Source: a virus
Taxonomy: Duplodnaviria; Caudoviricetes
Strand: one strand, 5' to 3'
DNA length: 64,000 nt
IMG/VR virus record: IMGVR_UViG_3300020576_006124
Coordinates: 32,001 to 96,000 of that record
The translations under genes were made by a program, and so were the position numbers. Below, piece by piece: positions 54,966 to 64,000 of this stretch; the stretch's first letter is position 1; each line of letters opens with the position of its first letter. A model generated the notes under the pieces. That model made no database searches, was not told the DNA's origin, and saw only the letters and a program-made list of their open reading frames with translations.

Positions 54966-55300
54966 TGATAGTTGAGAGAGCTAAACTCTGCTGATTTGTC
55001 CTTAATGTAGTCCTCATAATTTAACTTCTTTAATAAGTCGTCAGTAGATAAAGGGGAAAGGACAAGACTATTATCTTCTAATAAAAGTACTGATCTTATT
55101 TTTTTATTTGCTTCGTATAAAGAGATAACCCTAAATCCAGTTTCTTGTCCATTTTTTACTCTCCTTACAAGGCCAGAAGTCTTCCTTTGGCTGTAATCTA
55201 GGATCAATCTTATACTATCCACAGAAACATGGTTACCAAAACCTATATTTATAAATAAAGGAATAAGCCCTTTTTCTGACTTAGTAACTTCCAAGCTCAT
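54962..55300 (-). CDS. RemA/DUF370-like protein
   Basis: FINIGFGNHVSVDSI...KIRSVLLLEDNSLVLSPLSTDDL. Confidence 0.8.
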   Translation of the reverse strand: MSLEVTKSEKGLIPLFINIGFGNHVSVDSIRLILDYSQRKTSGLVRRVKNGQETGFRVISLYEANKKIRSVLLLEDNSLVLSPLSTDDLLKKLNYEDYIKDKSAEFSSLNYQ

Positions 55301-55691
55301 TTATAACCTCTAGCTCTCCTACTTCCTCTTGCTGTTTCATAGTCTCTAAGGCCTCTGCCAGTCTTAACTGCTTATCAATAGCCCAGCCTATTTCCTCTAC
55401 ATATTGACCTGTGCCCTGGTTATTAGGAGCTCTCTTCCTAAGATTTTCCATAAAGTTATGAGCTTCTTGTATATCCTTTCGATGATCAGACTCGAAAGGA
55501 TAACCTTTAATTGGAAAACCAGAGGCAGGCTTATTTAATGCTTCTACCACCCTCAATTCACAAGATTTACATTTAAGTAGATGAGGGTTATAGTTCTGAC
55601 ATTTACTTGAAACTATACAAAGATGACATCTAGAGCATTTCTTTCTTTGAGGGCTATCATAGTAAAACCCTGCACTCTGGCCGTTATACAC
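55281..55691 (-). CDS. Cys-rich Zn-binding hypothetical protein
   Basis: CSRCHLC...C...CKSCE. Confidence 0.55.
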   Translation of the reverse strand: MYNGQSAGFYYDSPQRKKCSRCHLCIVSSKCQNYNPHLLKCKSCELRVVEALNKPASGFPIKGYPFESDHRKDIQEAHNFMENLRKRAPNNQGTGQYVEEIGWAIDKQLRLAEALETMKQQEEVGELEVINELGSY

Positions 55692-55694
55692 TAC

Positions 55695-56135
55695 TTAAAT
55701 TTCCTCGTCCTCTTTTTCGAAAGCATCTCTTACGACCTTGATATGCCTAGTTGAGACTTTCTTTAACTTCTCAAAGGTCTTATCAAAAAACTCAGAACTG
55801 AATTCGGCCTTAGCAGGCTCTAGACCAAGATTTATTCTGCTCCTCAGATCTGATAATACCATGCTCACAGTATTAATATAAATATGATTTAGACAATGTT
55901 CTAACAGGCTCTTCCCGTCTTCACTTTGAGTCAAGAAGAACACCTCAAAGATCTTTTTAAGTTCAGGTGTAATTTCATCCTCAATAAGACTAAGAATATT
56001 TTCGATATTCTTTTCTCCACCCTGTGACTCAAAGGACTCCACAGAAATCAGATCATTAGCCTTTCTACTAATTTCTTCTGAAGAAACCTCAGACAGAATG
56101 TCTTCTAACTTTTCATAAAAATCTCTACTTAACAT
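55695..56135 (-). CDS. Acidic helical hypothetical protein
   Basis: 146-aa ORF. Confidence 0.55.
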   Translation of the reverse strand: MLSRDFYEKLEDILSEVSSEEISRKANDLISVESFESQGGEKNIENILSLIEDEITPELKKIFEVFFLTQSEDGKSLLEHCLNHIYINTVSMVLSDLRSRINLGLEPAKAEFSSEFFDKTFEKLKKVSTRHIKVVRDAFEKEDEEI

Positions 56136-56722
56136 TTTTTTTTAACGTATCCTATAATCTCTGAGCTGTCAATAAAATACTCATTAACGTCTTCTAGACC
56201 TAAATGAGAATATTTAAGCTTAATAGACCTGAACGGAATGAACATAACAGTATCCCCCTCTTTTAAATCAAGAGAAATAAACTCATTTTGTTCATTCTTA
56301 AGGCCACTACCTACTCTCTTAATAGTTCCCCACCAGTACTCTGGTATCTCTGTCCGAGAATACCCAACCTTTTGAGTAAACTCAATAGGCTCAATAACTA
56401 CGTAATTACCATAAGGAACTATTTTACCATCTCTAACTACTGCGATGGCATCTAATACAGATGCAGCGTAAATTAGATCGTCCTCATCTGGTAAAGAAAA
56501 AGGTTTTACTCCATGATTAGCCATGTATACTATTTCTTCATTAAATATATCTGTGGTAATAAGGTTACCTGTAGAGCTATATATGCCCGGGCCGGAGCTT
56601 AGAACCTTATACCAATTAGTCTCTTTCTCAAAGGGGTTTTCTATGGGGGAAGACTGATCCTCCGCCTTTGAGACTTTATCTAAGATTAAGTAGTTTAGTC
56701 TTCCTTCTATTTTATAAGTCAT
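56129..56722 (-). CDS. Tandem two-domain GroES/Cpn10-like co-chaperonin
   Basis: Domain 1 KVLSSGPG...DAIAVV; domain 2 IVPYGNYVVIEP...GTIKRVGSG...DLKEGDTVMF...SEIIGYV. Confidence 0.8.
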   Translation of the reverse strand: MTYKIEGRLNYLILDKVSKAEDQSSPIENPFEKETNWYKVLSSGPGIYSSTGNLITTDIFNEEIVYMANHGVKPFSLPDEDDLIYAASVLDAIAVVRDGKIVPYGNYVVIEPIEFTQKVGYSRTEIPEYWWGTIKRVGSGLKNEQNEFISLDLKEGDTVMFIPFRSIKLKYSHLGLEDVNEYFIDSSEIIGYVKKKC

Positions 56723-57005
56723 CTATAGTTTCGGGGCCTGATATTCCATTATCCTCTTCATTCTCTTCTATGATTACAAACTCTTTAGTATCTATGAATT
56801 CTGTAACCACAGATTGAATCTCCTGCCCTAAGTAGTCCGTCAGATTATCTCTAAGATCTTTAATAGAGAAAAGGGGTAAACAAGAGGTTAAAACGTTACT
56901 AATAAAGAATATACAATCGCTTGTAGGTGCAGACAAGCCTGGAACGAACTTGATATCCCCGTAAATCCCCTTAACGCTACCTGTGGAAACTTTAATTTCC
57001 CCCAT
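56712..57005 (-). CDS. Hypothetical protein
   Basis: 97-aa ORF. Confidence 0.5.
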   Translation of the reverse strand: MGEIKVSTGSVKGIYGDIKFVPGLSAPTSDCIFFISNVLTSCLPLFSIKDLRDNLTDYLGQEIQSVVTEFIDTKEFVIIEENEEDNGISGPETIDDL

Positions 57006-57486
57006 TATCCAAAGTCTCCTCCTTCTTTCTTCCGGGCTTTTTTACTTTAATAGGAGTAGTATCTACTTCTCCCTTAGAAGCAGGGTTATCCTCCGTAGAT
57101 TTTACCCCTTCTTCTACCTTTTCTTTCACAGTCTTTGGTTTAGAAATAAAGTTGAAGATTAAAACCTTCTTTTTATCCTTAGCAGGAACTGACAAGTACC
57201 ATGGAACTACTGCACCTTTTAAAAAAGTTAATTGATTCTCAAAGACCTGGACAGCACCCGGGTCACCCTTATGATAAATGGCCATTCTTTCAAGCTCTCC
57301 TTGGTCTGGGAGCAGAAAGGTAATATTTTCCACCTTCTCATCATAGGTTCCACTAGAGTCTAAAAGAACCAACTCTAATCTCCTCACATGCCCTTGATCC
57401 TCCCCAATCCTCAATTCTGTTTTGGATTGTAGGGGAAAAGAAGCTAGAAGCCTAGCTATTTCTAGTTTTATTCTGGATGCATCCAT
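56992..57486 (-). CDS. Hypothetical protein
   Basis: 164-aa ORF with a charged tail. Confidence 0.55.
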   Translation of the reverse strand: MDASRIKLEIARLLASFPLQSKTELRIGEDQGHVRRLELVLLDSSGTYDEKVENITFLLPDQGELERMAIYHKGDPGAVQVFENQLTFLKGAVVPWYLSVPAKDKKKVLIFNFISKPKTVKEKVEEGVKSTEDNPASKGEVDTTPIKVKKPGRKKEETLDNGGN

Positions 57487-57488
57487 AC

Positions 57489-58547
57489 TTATGTTAGATT
57501 ATACTCTACTCCCTTTAAAATTGGGGTAAAATAACTACTATTAGAATTAAAAATGATATTAATTCTATTTGAGGAAAGATATCCAAGTAATTCATTAGTA
57601 TTAGCTCCCTCGAAAGAGAAAACCTCTGTAAGAGTACCGGCTGAAGGATGCTTTACTACAACTGTTCCGGTAGTATCATAGTTATTATTTTTTATGTCGA
57701 AGGATCTAAAGCCTATTTTAGTTAATGTCTTGGTGTCTATGCAAACTAAAACATCTGAAACATCCTTAGTTCTTCCATCAAAAAGAAGTCTGAAACTACT
57801 TATACTTGATGCAGTTCCTCCAGAGTATAGAGGTAGATAGCTAAAGTCGTGTGTTTCCCAGTTGCCACCAAAACTTCTTATCTTTACAACTTTTAGATCA
57901 GAGCAGAATGCTGGCCATACATCTAATGTAAAACAATTAGTTACCAGGTTAGTTAATCTAGTGTTCTGCCTAAACCACAACCACATATAATGATCAGTTA
58001 AATCTGCATCTAAAGAGATTGGTCGAATTGGGCTAAAGATGTCGTTTAAATCCAATATCTCAGTAAAAGAAGAGGATGAAGGTTGAGTGGTGCTGTTAGT
58101 TTTTGCGTACTTTACTTCTATCCCTTCATGTACAATTCTGTGGTTAGAATCGTTTACGATATAAACGTTACTTGTGGAGCTGTTTATTGGAAGGGTTATT
58201 TGTCCATATTGAGAGTCTAAGCTACCTGTAGGGGAACTATGTACAAAGGAACTGCTATAAAAATCTGCGTATCTAGTAGTTCCAGCTATAGTACCTACAG
58301 CCGTAGTCAAAGAAGAAATAAGGCTTGTTAACGCGGCATTCTCTGTAGAGGAAAAGGTATTAGTTAGGTCTAGTGCATCTCTAAGTCTAGAAGATGAAAA
58401 ATACAGCTTAAATAGATCATTATTCAGCGCAGTTAAGAGTTTATTAAAGTCTTCGCTGGAGCTAATACCCCCTGCTTTAGGCTTTTTACTTATAAGTGAT
58501 TCTAATTGTTTTAAAACAATTTCTTTTGGGAATCCATAATTACTCAT
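57489..58547 (-). CDS. Probable virion structural protein
   Basis: 352 aa; helical N-terminus then Ser/Thr-rich beta region; structural-type gene run. Confidence 0.5.
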   Translation of the reverse strand: MSNYGFPKEIVLKQLESLISKKPKAGGISSSEDFNKLLTALNNDLFKLYFSSSRLRDALDLTNTFSSTENAALTSLISSLTTAVGTIAGTTRYADFYSSSFVHSSPTGSLDSQYGQITLPINSSTSNVYIVNDSNHRIVHEGIEVKYAKTNSTTQPSSSSFTEILDLNDIFSPIRPISLDADLTDHYMWLWFRQNTRLTNLVTNCFTLDVWPAFCSDLKVVKIRSFGGNWETHDFSYLPLYSGGTASSISSFRLLFDGRTKDVSDVLVCIDTKTLTKIGFRSFDIKNNNYDTTGTVVVKHPSAGTLTEVFSFEGANTNELLGYLSSNRINIIFNSNSSYFTPILKGVEYNLT

Positions 58548-58552
58548 TTTTT

Positions 58553-58813
58553 TTATCTATTAAAGAATTCTATTTGAACCAGGGCTGAATTAATTGACGA
58601 TCTAATGGAAGATGAGAAAGCTGTATTCTCTGGGCTATAATCAAAAAATTCATTGAGGTCGCTGTCTACTAAGTAAAGAACCCTAGTCATCTCCTGAATC
58701 CCTAATTGTAACTTCCAAACATCTCTTGTACCATATTTAGAAAAAGGAAGAGTAGTATTAAAATACTCAGTGGTATTAAACCTTGTATGTTTAGAAAAGT
58801 AATTATCTTCCAT
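58553..58813 (-). CDS. Hypothetical protein
   Basis: 86-aa ORF. Confidence 0.5.
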   Translation of the reverse strand: MEDNYFSKHTRFNTTEYFNTTLPFSKYGTRDVWKLQLGIQEMTRVLYLVDSDLNEFFDYSPENTAFSSSIRSSINSALVQIEFFNR

Positions 58814-60788
58814 ATACCCTCAGTTTAGACATTCTATCTTCAATATTTTTGAAGTTAAAAGTTAAAGCGGTTTCTAGGGATTCTTCTTCTGAAGAAGAGC
58901 CTTCGTATAAATACTTGGTTGAGATTCCTCTCACCCTGCCATCAAGATTATTATCTACTTCTCTTAAAAGTATTCTACCATTCTCAGAGTCTAATGCAAA
59001 AGAAGTTTGTGTTGAGTCATCGCTTAAAATACTATTGAGCGATATATTGTTAAGGACTTCCCCTCCCCAGTACCTATCTACTCCCGACTCAGAAAAAACA
59101 TCAGAAAAAGGACTTGGGTAAAAAGATACTTGTAAGTATGGTTCATTAGTGAATAATGATCTTTCGTTTTTAATGGAGGAGTTAATATCACTGTAGAGAA
59201 TCTCAATACTAAGAGTATTTTTTCCTTTTTTAAAGTTCAAATCGAATTTGTTAAATTGGGAATCTATACTTCCATCAGAGTAGACTTTGCTGAGACTTCT
59301 AGACGATGTAATTTCCTTCCCATTTAAAGACACTTTTGCTTTGATTAAAGCATCTGTATAGTTGGGGTTATTGACTTCTGATATTGGTATAACACCTTGT
59401 ATAATGTTTAAAAGACAATCTTTAACAGAGAAATCTTGGTTGCATCTCAAGTTAATACTAAAAGTGTAAGTATTTCCTGGTACTAAGAACTGGCTGTTAT
59501 TTCCATAATTTAAGCTGACTGGAATTACTAATTCCTTATAGATTCCGTGAGGATTATCTCTTTGGAAAAGAACATCCACTCCACTTATTAGTTTAGTAGA
59601 GTCCCCAGGCTCAACTGCTAAATAGGACGTTGTTTGTAGATCATTATTCTCTACGCTAGAGTAGATAACTCCTATTTTTTTGTTTCCTCTGGAGCAAGCT
59701 ATTTGTATTTGGTCTAACCCAACGTACATTTCTGCTTTTTCTGTATTAGAAACTTTACTTGTTGTTTTCTGCTTTATATTTCCCCAAGCAATTGGGGTTA
59801 GAGATGAAGAAAGAAATTCTTCCCTCTTAATCTCGGGGGATTTGACTGATACCCATTTATTCAAAGCACAAGGGTAGTCTACAGAAGAATGCGTATACGA
59901 CGCTTCTCCTAAGAAATCTGTTTCCACAAAAATTGAGGATACGCTCTCTGGTATATTAAAAGATCCTGTAGTCAGAGAGCCTGGGTCTACGATAGAATCT
60001 TTTATGCCTAAAGTTCTAACTTTAAGAGTTATCGGCCTTACCTCAGGAGAGAGTAAAGACACTGTAAACGTTTTTTCTTTAACCGGAATAGCTAGATAAA
60101 GACTACCGTTAAAAACAACCTCACTACTTTTTTCCAAGCCATCTGAATATTTCAGCTGTACGGAGTTAGAGCAAGATAGATTAATGTAGTTAAAAACTTC
60201 ACTACTGCTAAGAGTAACATTAAAGGAAACTTCTTCTCCAAACTTTAATATCAGTTCTCCATCTGAATTCTGAATAGAGTTTTTGCTATTGGTAGTTAAT
60301 TTAAAATCCTTTAAGGCTCGAACTTTAACCCAAGCTTTAGACCTTATTTCTCCAGAGGTTTGATTAAAGAAAACATCGCTGCTTCTATCAAAAGTAGAAA
60401 AGGATTTAAAGTCCCCTATCAACAAGGCTTTATTAGTTATATTGCCTGAGACTCTACTCTTTAGCCTGGAGACTTCCTGTTTCAGAGTCTCTATCCTTTC
60501 TGTGACACTTTGAGCCAAAAGAAAGTGGTGCTGGTTGAGTATTTCTTGTGAGAGCCTAATCGTGTCTGAATCTATCCTCAGACTTTTAAAAAAGTCCCTC
60601 ATCTTTCTTGATGAAATCTCCTCCATAGGAAAGGCCGTATAATTTTGAGTTATAGGAGACCCTACTAGGAACTTAGTCGAGATTTCAGAGTAAAGATCCT
60701 GGAAGGAAGTTATTCTTCCTTTCTCAAGACTTAAGCTAAGAAGCTCGGAATAAAGTCTTTTAAATTGTTGCTCTTCTACTAAACTCAT
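58803..60788 (-). CDS. Probable virion structural protein
   Basis: 661 aa; N-terminal coiled coil then beta-rich region. Confidence 0.5.
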   Translation of the reverse strand: MSLVEEQQFKRLYSELLSLSLEKGRITSFQDLYSEISTKFLVGSPITQNYTAFPMEEISSRKMRDFFKSLRIDSDTIRLSQEILNQHHFLLAQSVTERIETLKQEVSRLKSRVSGNITNKALLIGDFKSFSTFDRSSDVFFNQTSGEIRSKAWVKVRALKDFKLTTNSKNSIQNSDGELILKFGEEVSFNVTLSSSEVFNYINLSCSNSVQLKYSDGLEKSSEVVFNGSLYLAIPVKEKTFTVSLLSPEVRPITLKVRTLGIKDSIVDPGSLTTGSFNIPESVSSIFVETDFLGEASYTHSSVDYPCALNKWVSVKSPEIKREEFLSSSLTPIAWGNIKQKTTSKVSNTEKAEMYVGLDQIQIACSRGNKKIGVIYSSVENNDLQTTSYLAVEPGDSTKLISGVDVLFQRDNPHGIYKELVIPVSLNYGNNSQFLVPGNTYTFSINLRCNQDFSVKDCLLNIIQGVIPISEVNNPNYTDALIKAKVSLNGKEITSSRSLSKVYSDGSIDSQFNKFDLNFKKGKNTLSIEILYSDINSSIKNERSLFTNEPYLQVSFYPSPFSDVFSESGVDRYWGGEVLNNISLNSILSDDSTQTSFALDSENGRILLREVDNNLDGRVRGISTKYLYEGSSSEEESLETALTFNFKNIEDRMSKLRVYGR

Positions 60789-60791
60789 AAC

Positions 60792-62723
60792 TTACTGCTC
60801 GATGAGGGTTACTGTGCTTACAACACCACGGTTTCCACTCGTAGACTCTATTAAAATTTTATAGTAAATGAACTTTGGTGAGTCCATATAAACTAGAGCT
60901 GTTGGATTGGCTTTTACATCCTCTGTCTGAATCCAATTTATTCCATCTTCTGATAAGAAGTATCTGTAAATTACACCAGGGGCTTCATCTGCCTCAACTG
61001 TAATACCTACTTTAGTAACTTTCTTTTTAATTGGAATAGCCGAGGATATTATAGCAGACTGGGATAAATATTTATTGCTATGCACTTCAATATCCTTAAT
61101 GGCAATTCCAGCTCTCCACCCAAAGAAAATATCATAGGAAATAATAGAATTTTCGGGAGTCTTTTGATGGTTATAGCTAAAGGCATTTTGTAAGGTATCC
61201 GCAACAGCTAGTACCCCAGAATATACCCCTAGAGCAGAGCTTATCCCTGATGGAATAAGGCTACTTATCAGAGCCCCGGATTTTACATGGGAAGATTTTC
61301 CTCCTGTGATCGAAGTTAGAACATTATTTAACTCTTTAGAGCTTTTATTGATGTTACCCAACGCTCTAGTAGTTCTAAATAGACTGTTAGTTGAGGTTAA
61401 GACGTCTTTGTAAGTATAATAAGTACTTAAGGCACTAACAGGATTAAGAGGACTTAAGTTTACATTTCCTTTAAATAAGGACTGCGGAACGTAGGTTTCT
61501 CCCGAGGAGGAAAGTAAAGTAGGGCTGTATATGTCTATAGATTTAGATGAGTATTTATTGGGGGATCTTTCCCAAGACTCCCACTTATCAACTGTTCTCC
61601 ATAGTCCGTGGCTCCTTGTGGATTTTCTCAGAAATTTAGTAGTTTCAAACTCTTTATAAATTAATCCAGTATCTACATAATCTGTAGAGAACAGTAAATC
61701 AATTTGATCCGTAGGTAGGATAGAATTTAGACCTAAAACAACAGTTCCTTTTATTACCTGAGCTTCTTTTATAGACACCCATCTATCATTAACAAGAATC
61801 TTTACAGACTCAATTTTTAAATGACTAAATCCTCTTCGAAATAGTGGGTTAATTGTAATAGAATTAACTTCTTTAGGCTCAGGCAGAATCAGCTTAAGAT
61901 TCACATAAAATTTATCTACTGGCTTCTCTGAGGATATGTTTAATAAAGTTTTATCCTCACTTTTGGATCCATTCTTGATTGTTATAGTATTGTCATCTTT
62001 TGGAATTAGGGGGGATACATCTATATTCTTTCCCCCATCAGAGTAAGTATTAGATGTACTTTTCTTTATTGGCTGGTTTCTCTTAACAAAGTAAAGCTCC
62101 ATTTCAAAGCAACTTGTTGGATCCCCATCTGATAGATTAAGAATACAAAAACTTTGATTAGGTTCTTTCTCTACTGAGACTGCACCAGTTTCCTTATCAA
62201 TCTTAAAAGTTGTAGACAAAGCATTGCATCCTGGGATCGCCCCTTGGGATGTCTTTTCCCCCAAAACAGGCAGATAGTCTACGGCCTCTGAAGACTCTAA
62301 ACCACTTGATGCTATTCCAAGGCCTAAATCCACAAACCCGTTTGTTGCTCCTAAGTTTAAATATTCCGAAGAGTTAAAGGGTTCTTGAAATAGGATGTTG
62401 TATTTTCCTTGAGACCTTGTAGCACTTAAAGACTTCCCTAATGATTGAACCTCTTTTAGTAAAGAATCAAGTGAGATAACCCCGGAATTGAACAGGGATA
62501 AAAGATCAACCGAATTTTTATTAATATCAGTAATAACTTTATTTATCTCTGTCTCTACAGAAATTATTCTATCTTGAGTCAGCTCAGTAACATCAGAGCA
62601 ATCAGTCAATATGGTAAGGTCAGACTCTGTCTCGAAATTAAAATTAGAATAACAAAGTTGTATCTCCTCTAAGCTGGAGGAGTTACTAACGTCCACAGAT
62701 TCAATTTTTTTATTGAGTTCCAT
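60792..62723 (-). CDS. Probable virion structural protein
   Basis: 643 aa; coiled coil, LSDGDPTSCFE, YFLSEDGINW (beta-sandwich-like). Confidence 0.5.
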   Translation of the reverse strand: MELNKKIESVDVSNSSSLEEIQLCYSNFNFETESDLTILTDCSDVTELTQDRIISVETEINKVITDINKNSVDLLSLFNSGVISLDSLLKEVQSLGKSLSATRSQGKYNILFQEPFNSSEYLNLGATNGFVDLGLGIASSGLESSEAVDYLPVLGEKTSQGAIPGCNALSTTFKIDKETGAVSVEKEPNQSFCILNLSDGDPTSCFEMELYFVKRNQPIKKSTSNTYSDGGKNIDVSPLIPKDDNTITIKNGSKSEDKTLLNISSEKPVDKFYVNLKLILPEPKEVNSITINPLFRRGFSHLKIESVKILVNDRWVSIKEAQVIKGTVVLGLNSILPTDQIDLLFSTDYVDTGLIYKEFETTKFLRKSTRSHGLWRTVDKWESWERSPNKYSSKSIDIYSPTLLSSSGETYVPQSLFKGNVNLSPLNPVSALSTYYTYKDVLTSTNSLFRTTRALGNINKSSKELNNVLTSITGGKSSHVKSGALISSLIPSGISSALGVYSGVLAVADTLQNAFSYNHQKTPENSIISYDIFFGWRAGIAIKDIEVHSNKYLSQSAIISSAIPIKKKVTKVGITVEADEAPGVIYRYFLSEDGINWIQTEDVKANPTALVYMDSPKFIYYKILIESTSGNRGVVSTVTLIEQ

Positions 62724-64000
62724 TATTCTAATCCAATTTTAATACTAGTTATTTTAGGAGGAAGATCTTCGCTATTTAGAATAATCTTCGACACAGCTTT
62801 CTGCTTAAGTGTATCATATGATACACTTATTTTAGAAGAATAAGAGCTAAAAGGACTTAGCTCCCTGCTGAATATTAACTCTCCATTCGGTTTAACCCTA
62901 TATTCCAATATAGGGTAATAATTGGGAGAGTTCTGGTCTAGGTTTAGGGGCCTCAACTCCAACTCTTCCCAAGTTTCGTAGTCTGTTACATTTCGGGTCA
63001 GAGGGAACTTAACATTAGAACCAAAAACAGTTCCGTCATCTAATTTAAACCAACCGCTATTCACAAATCTACCCATTGTATTCTTAGGCTTGTAATTAGC
63101 AAACACAGAGTAATCCCCTGGTAGGTTTGAGATAGTTAATTTAATAACTCCTATCTCATAGTAGACCTGGTATTCTCCTGGCTCCAATATTCTTGTAGCC
63201 GAAGTAGAATTGTTAGTCACGCTAATTTGGATAGATTCTTCCCCTTCCATTAATGGGAAATAAAGGGTCTTGAACGCTGATTGTACTGCTGTTATAGTTT
63301 CTGTAACGTCTCCGTCTTTGCCAGAGAGGTTCTTATCGAAGTCGTTTTTTATAAGGTCTTTTAGTCCACCAAGTAATCCACCCTCTATTGCTTTCTTTAT
63401 GCTTAGATCTAAGGACTCAGCACTAAGATTCTTGGAGATAGTGTCTCGGTACTGGGATATGCTCAAATAATTTCTTAAAGTGATTGCTCCGGACCACTCA
63501 TCAAAAGTAATAGCTGAGTTTTGTTTAATTTTCTTTGAGACTTCAAAGCTAATATTAGTTAGCTCTTCTCCTATTATTACATTATTGCTGAATGAATTAG
63601 GCGGGCCTAGTGTGTCGGGAACTGCAGTAAAATGCTCATTCTCTACTGTTACTTCAACGGGCATATACCCATCACAGATTTCCAGATCAGCCTCTAATTG
63701 TTCTACAGAAAGAACCCCTTTTGTTTGAAGTTCTGGTAAGTCTGCAAGACTAGCTGACTTTAATCCAAAATATTTTTTGATATTTGGATTAAAAGGAATT
63801 TTATAGATGTAGTGTACTCCAACCCAGTCCTTAATTTTCTTAACTTTTACTTTGCTTACATGTGGGGCATACTCTAGTTGAATTCTTCCAAAAAGATCAG
63901 TGCCATTAAATTCCTCTGTTATCTTCTGAGGTTTAACTATTACAATATCACTACTATCTACAGAGTTCCAACCAGCCTCCTCTTCCTCTGTGGTAATTAT
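62723..64000 (-). CDS. Probable virion structural protein, 5'-truncated by the window end
   Basis: The reading frame of 62723..63664 stays open to 64000 (IITTEEEEAGWNSVD...DGYMPVEV). Confidence 0.7.
   Translation of the reverse strand: MITTEEEEAGWNSVDSSDIVIVKPQKITEEFNGTDLFGRIQLEYAPHVSKVKVKKIKDWVGVHYIYKIPFNPNIKKYFGLKSASLADLPELQTKGVLSVEQLEADLEICDGYMPVEVTVENEHFTAVPDTLGPPNSFSNNVIIGEELTNISFEVSKKIKQNSAITFDEWSGAITLRNYLSISQYRDTISKNLSAESLDLSIKKAIEGGLLGGLKDLIKNDFDKNLSGKDGDVTETITAVQSAFKTLYFPLMEGEESIQISVTNNSTSATRILEPGEYQVYYEIGVIKLTISNLPGDYSVFANYKPKNTMGRFVNSGWFKLDDGTVFGSNVKFPLTRNVTDYETWEELELRPLNLDQNSPNYYPILEYRVKPNGELIFSRELSPFSSYSSKISVSYDTLKQKAVSKIILNSEDLPPKITSIKIGLE

Noticed and set aside
2865-63728. Short antisense ORFs nested in long genes (e.g. 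2865..3107, 10535..10807, 38396..38800, 58849..59121)
   Set aside because: Fully nested opposite well-supported genes and without recognisable motifs.
1-64000. Genome-wide stop-codon reassignment
   Set aside because: Code 11 gives dense, full-length genes; TAG and TGA end clearly complete genes (dut ends TAG, nrdA C-part ends TGA). Only isolated internal stops were seen.
1-64000. CRISPR array, rRNA, integrase or transposase
   Set aside because: No regularly spaced repeats or such motifs were seen by eye.
63665-64000. Apparent non-coding gap at the window end
   Set aside because: It is the in-frame upstream continuation of the 62723..63664 gene.

Overview
AT-rich, densely coding 64-kb segment of a large dsDNA tailed-phage genome, read with standard code 11. 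Genes from 1 to ~51.5 kb lie mostly on the + strand. They cover DNA replication and recombination (family A polymerase, DnaB-like helicase, primase, RecA, SSB, Rad52/Sak-like annealase, split Rad50 + Mre11, resolvase) and nucleotide metabolism (GMP reductase-like, dUTPase, UDG, class Ia RNR). They also include a MoxR/vWA pair, an RNA ligase on a GC-rich island, and two tRNAs (Pro-UGG, Gly-UCC). From ~51.5 kb genes lie mostly on the - strand: a sigma-like protein, a SpoIIIAA/Ycf45-like ATPase, a RemA-like protein, tandem GroES, then large probable virion proteins. Most notable: (1) a candidate phage-encoded ubiquitin-like conjugation locus at 0.07-5.8 kb, with a ubiquitin-pattern protein ending W-G-F, an E1/ThiF enzyme with a crossover-loop Cys, and three paralogs sharing a Cys; (2) a highly reduced split two-barrel RNA polymerase (beta-prime core 369 aa, Zn ribbon, beta core 446 aa); (3) nrdA fractured by a naturally split intein around a decaying HNH gene, plus a LAGLIDADG intein in nrdB. 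All calls come from motif recognition by eye; no database searches were run.
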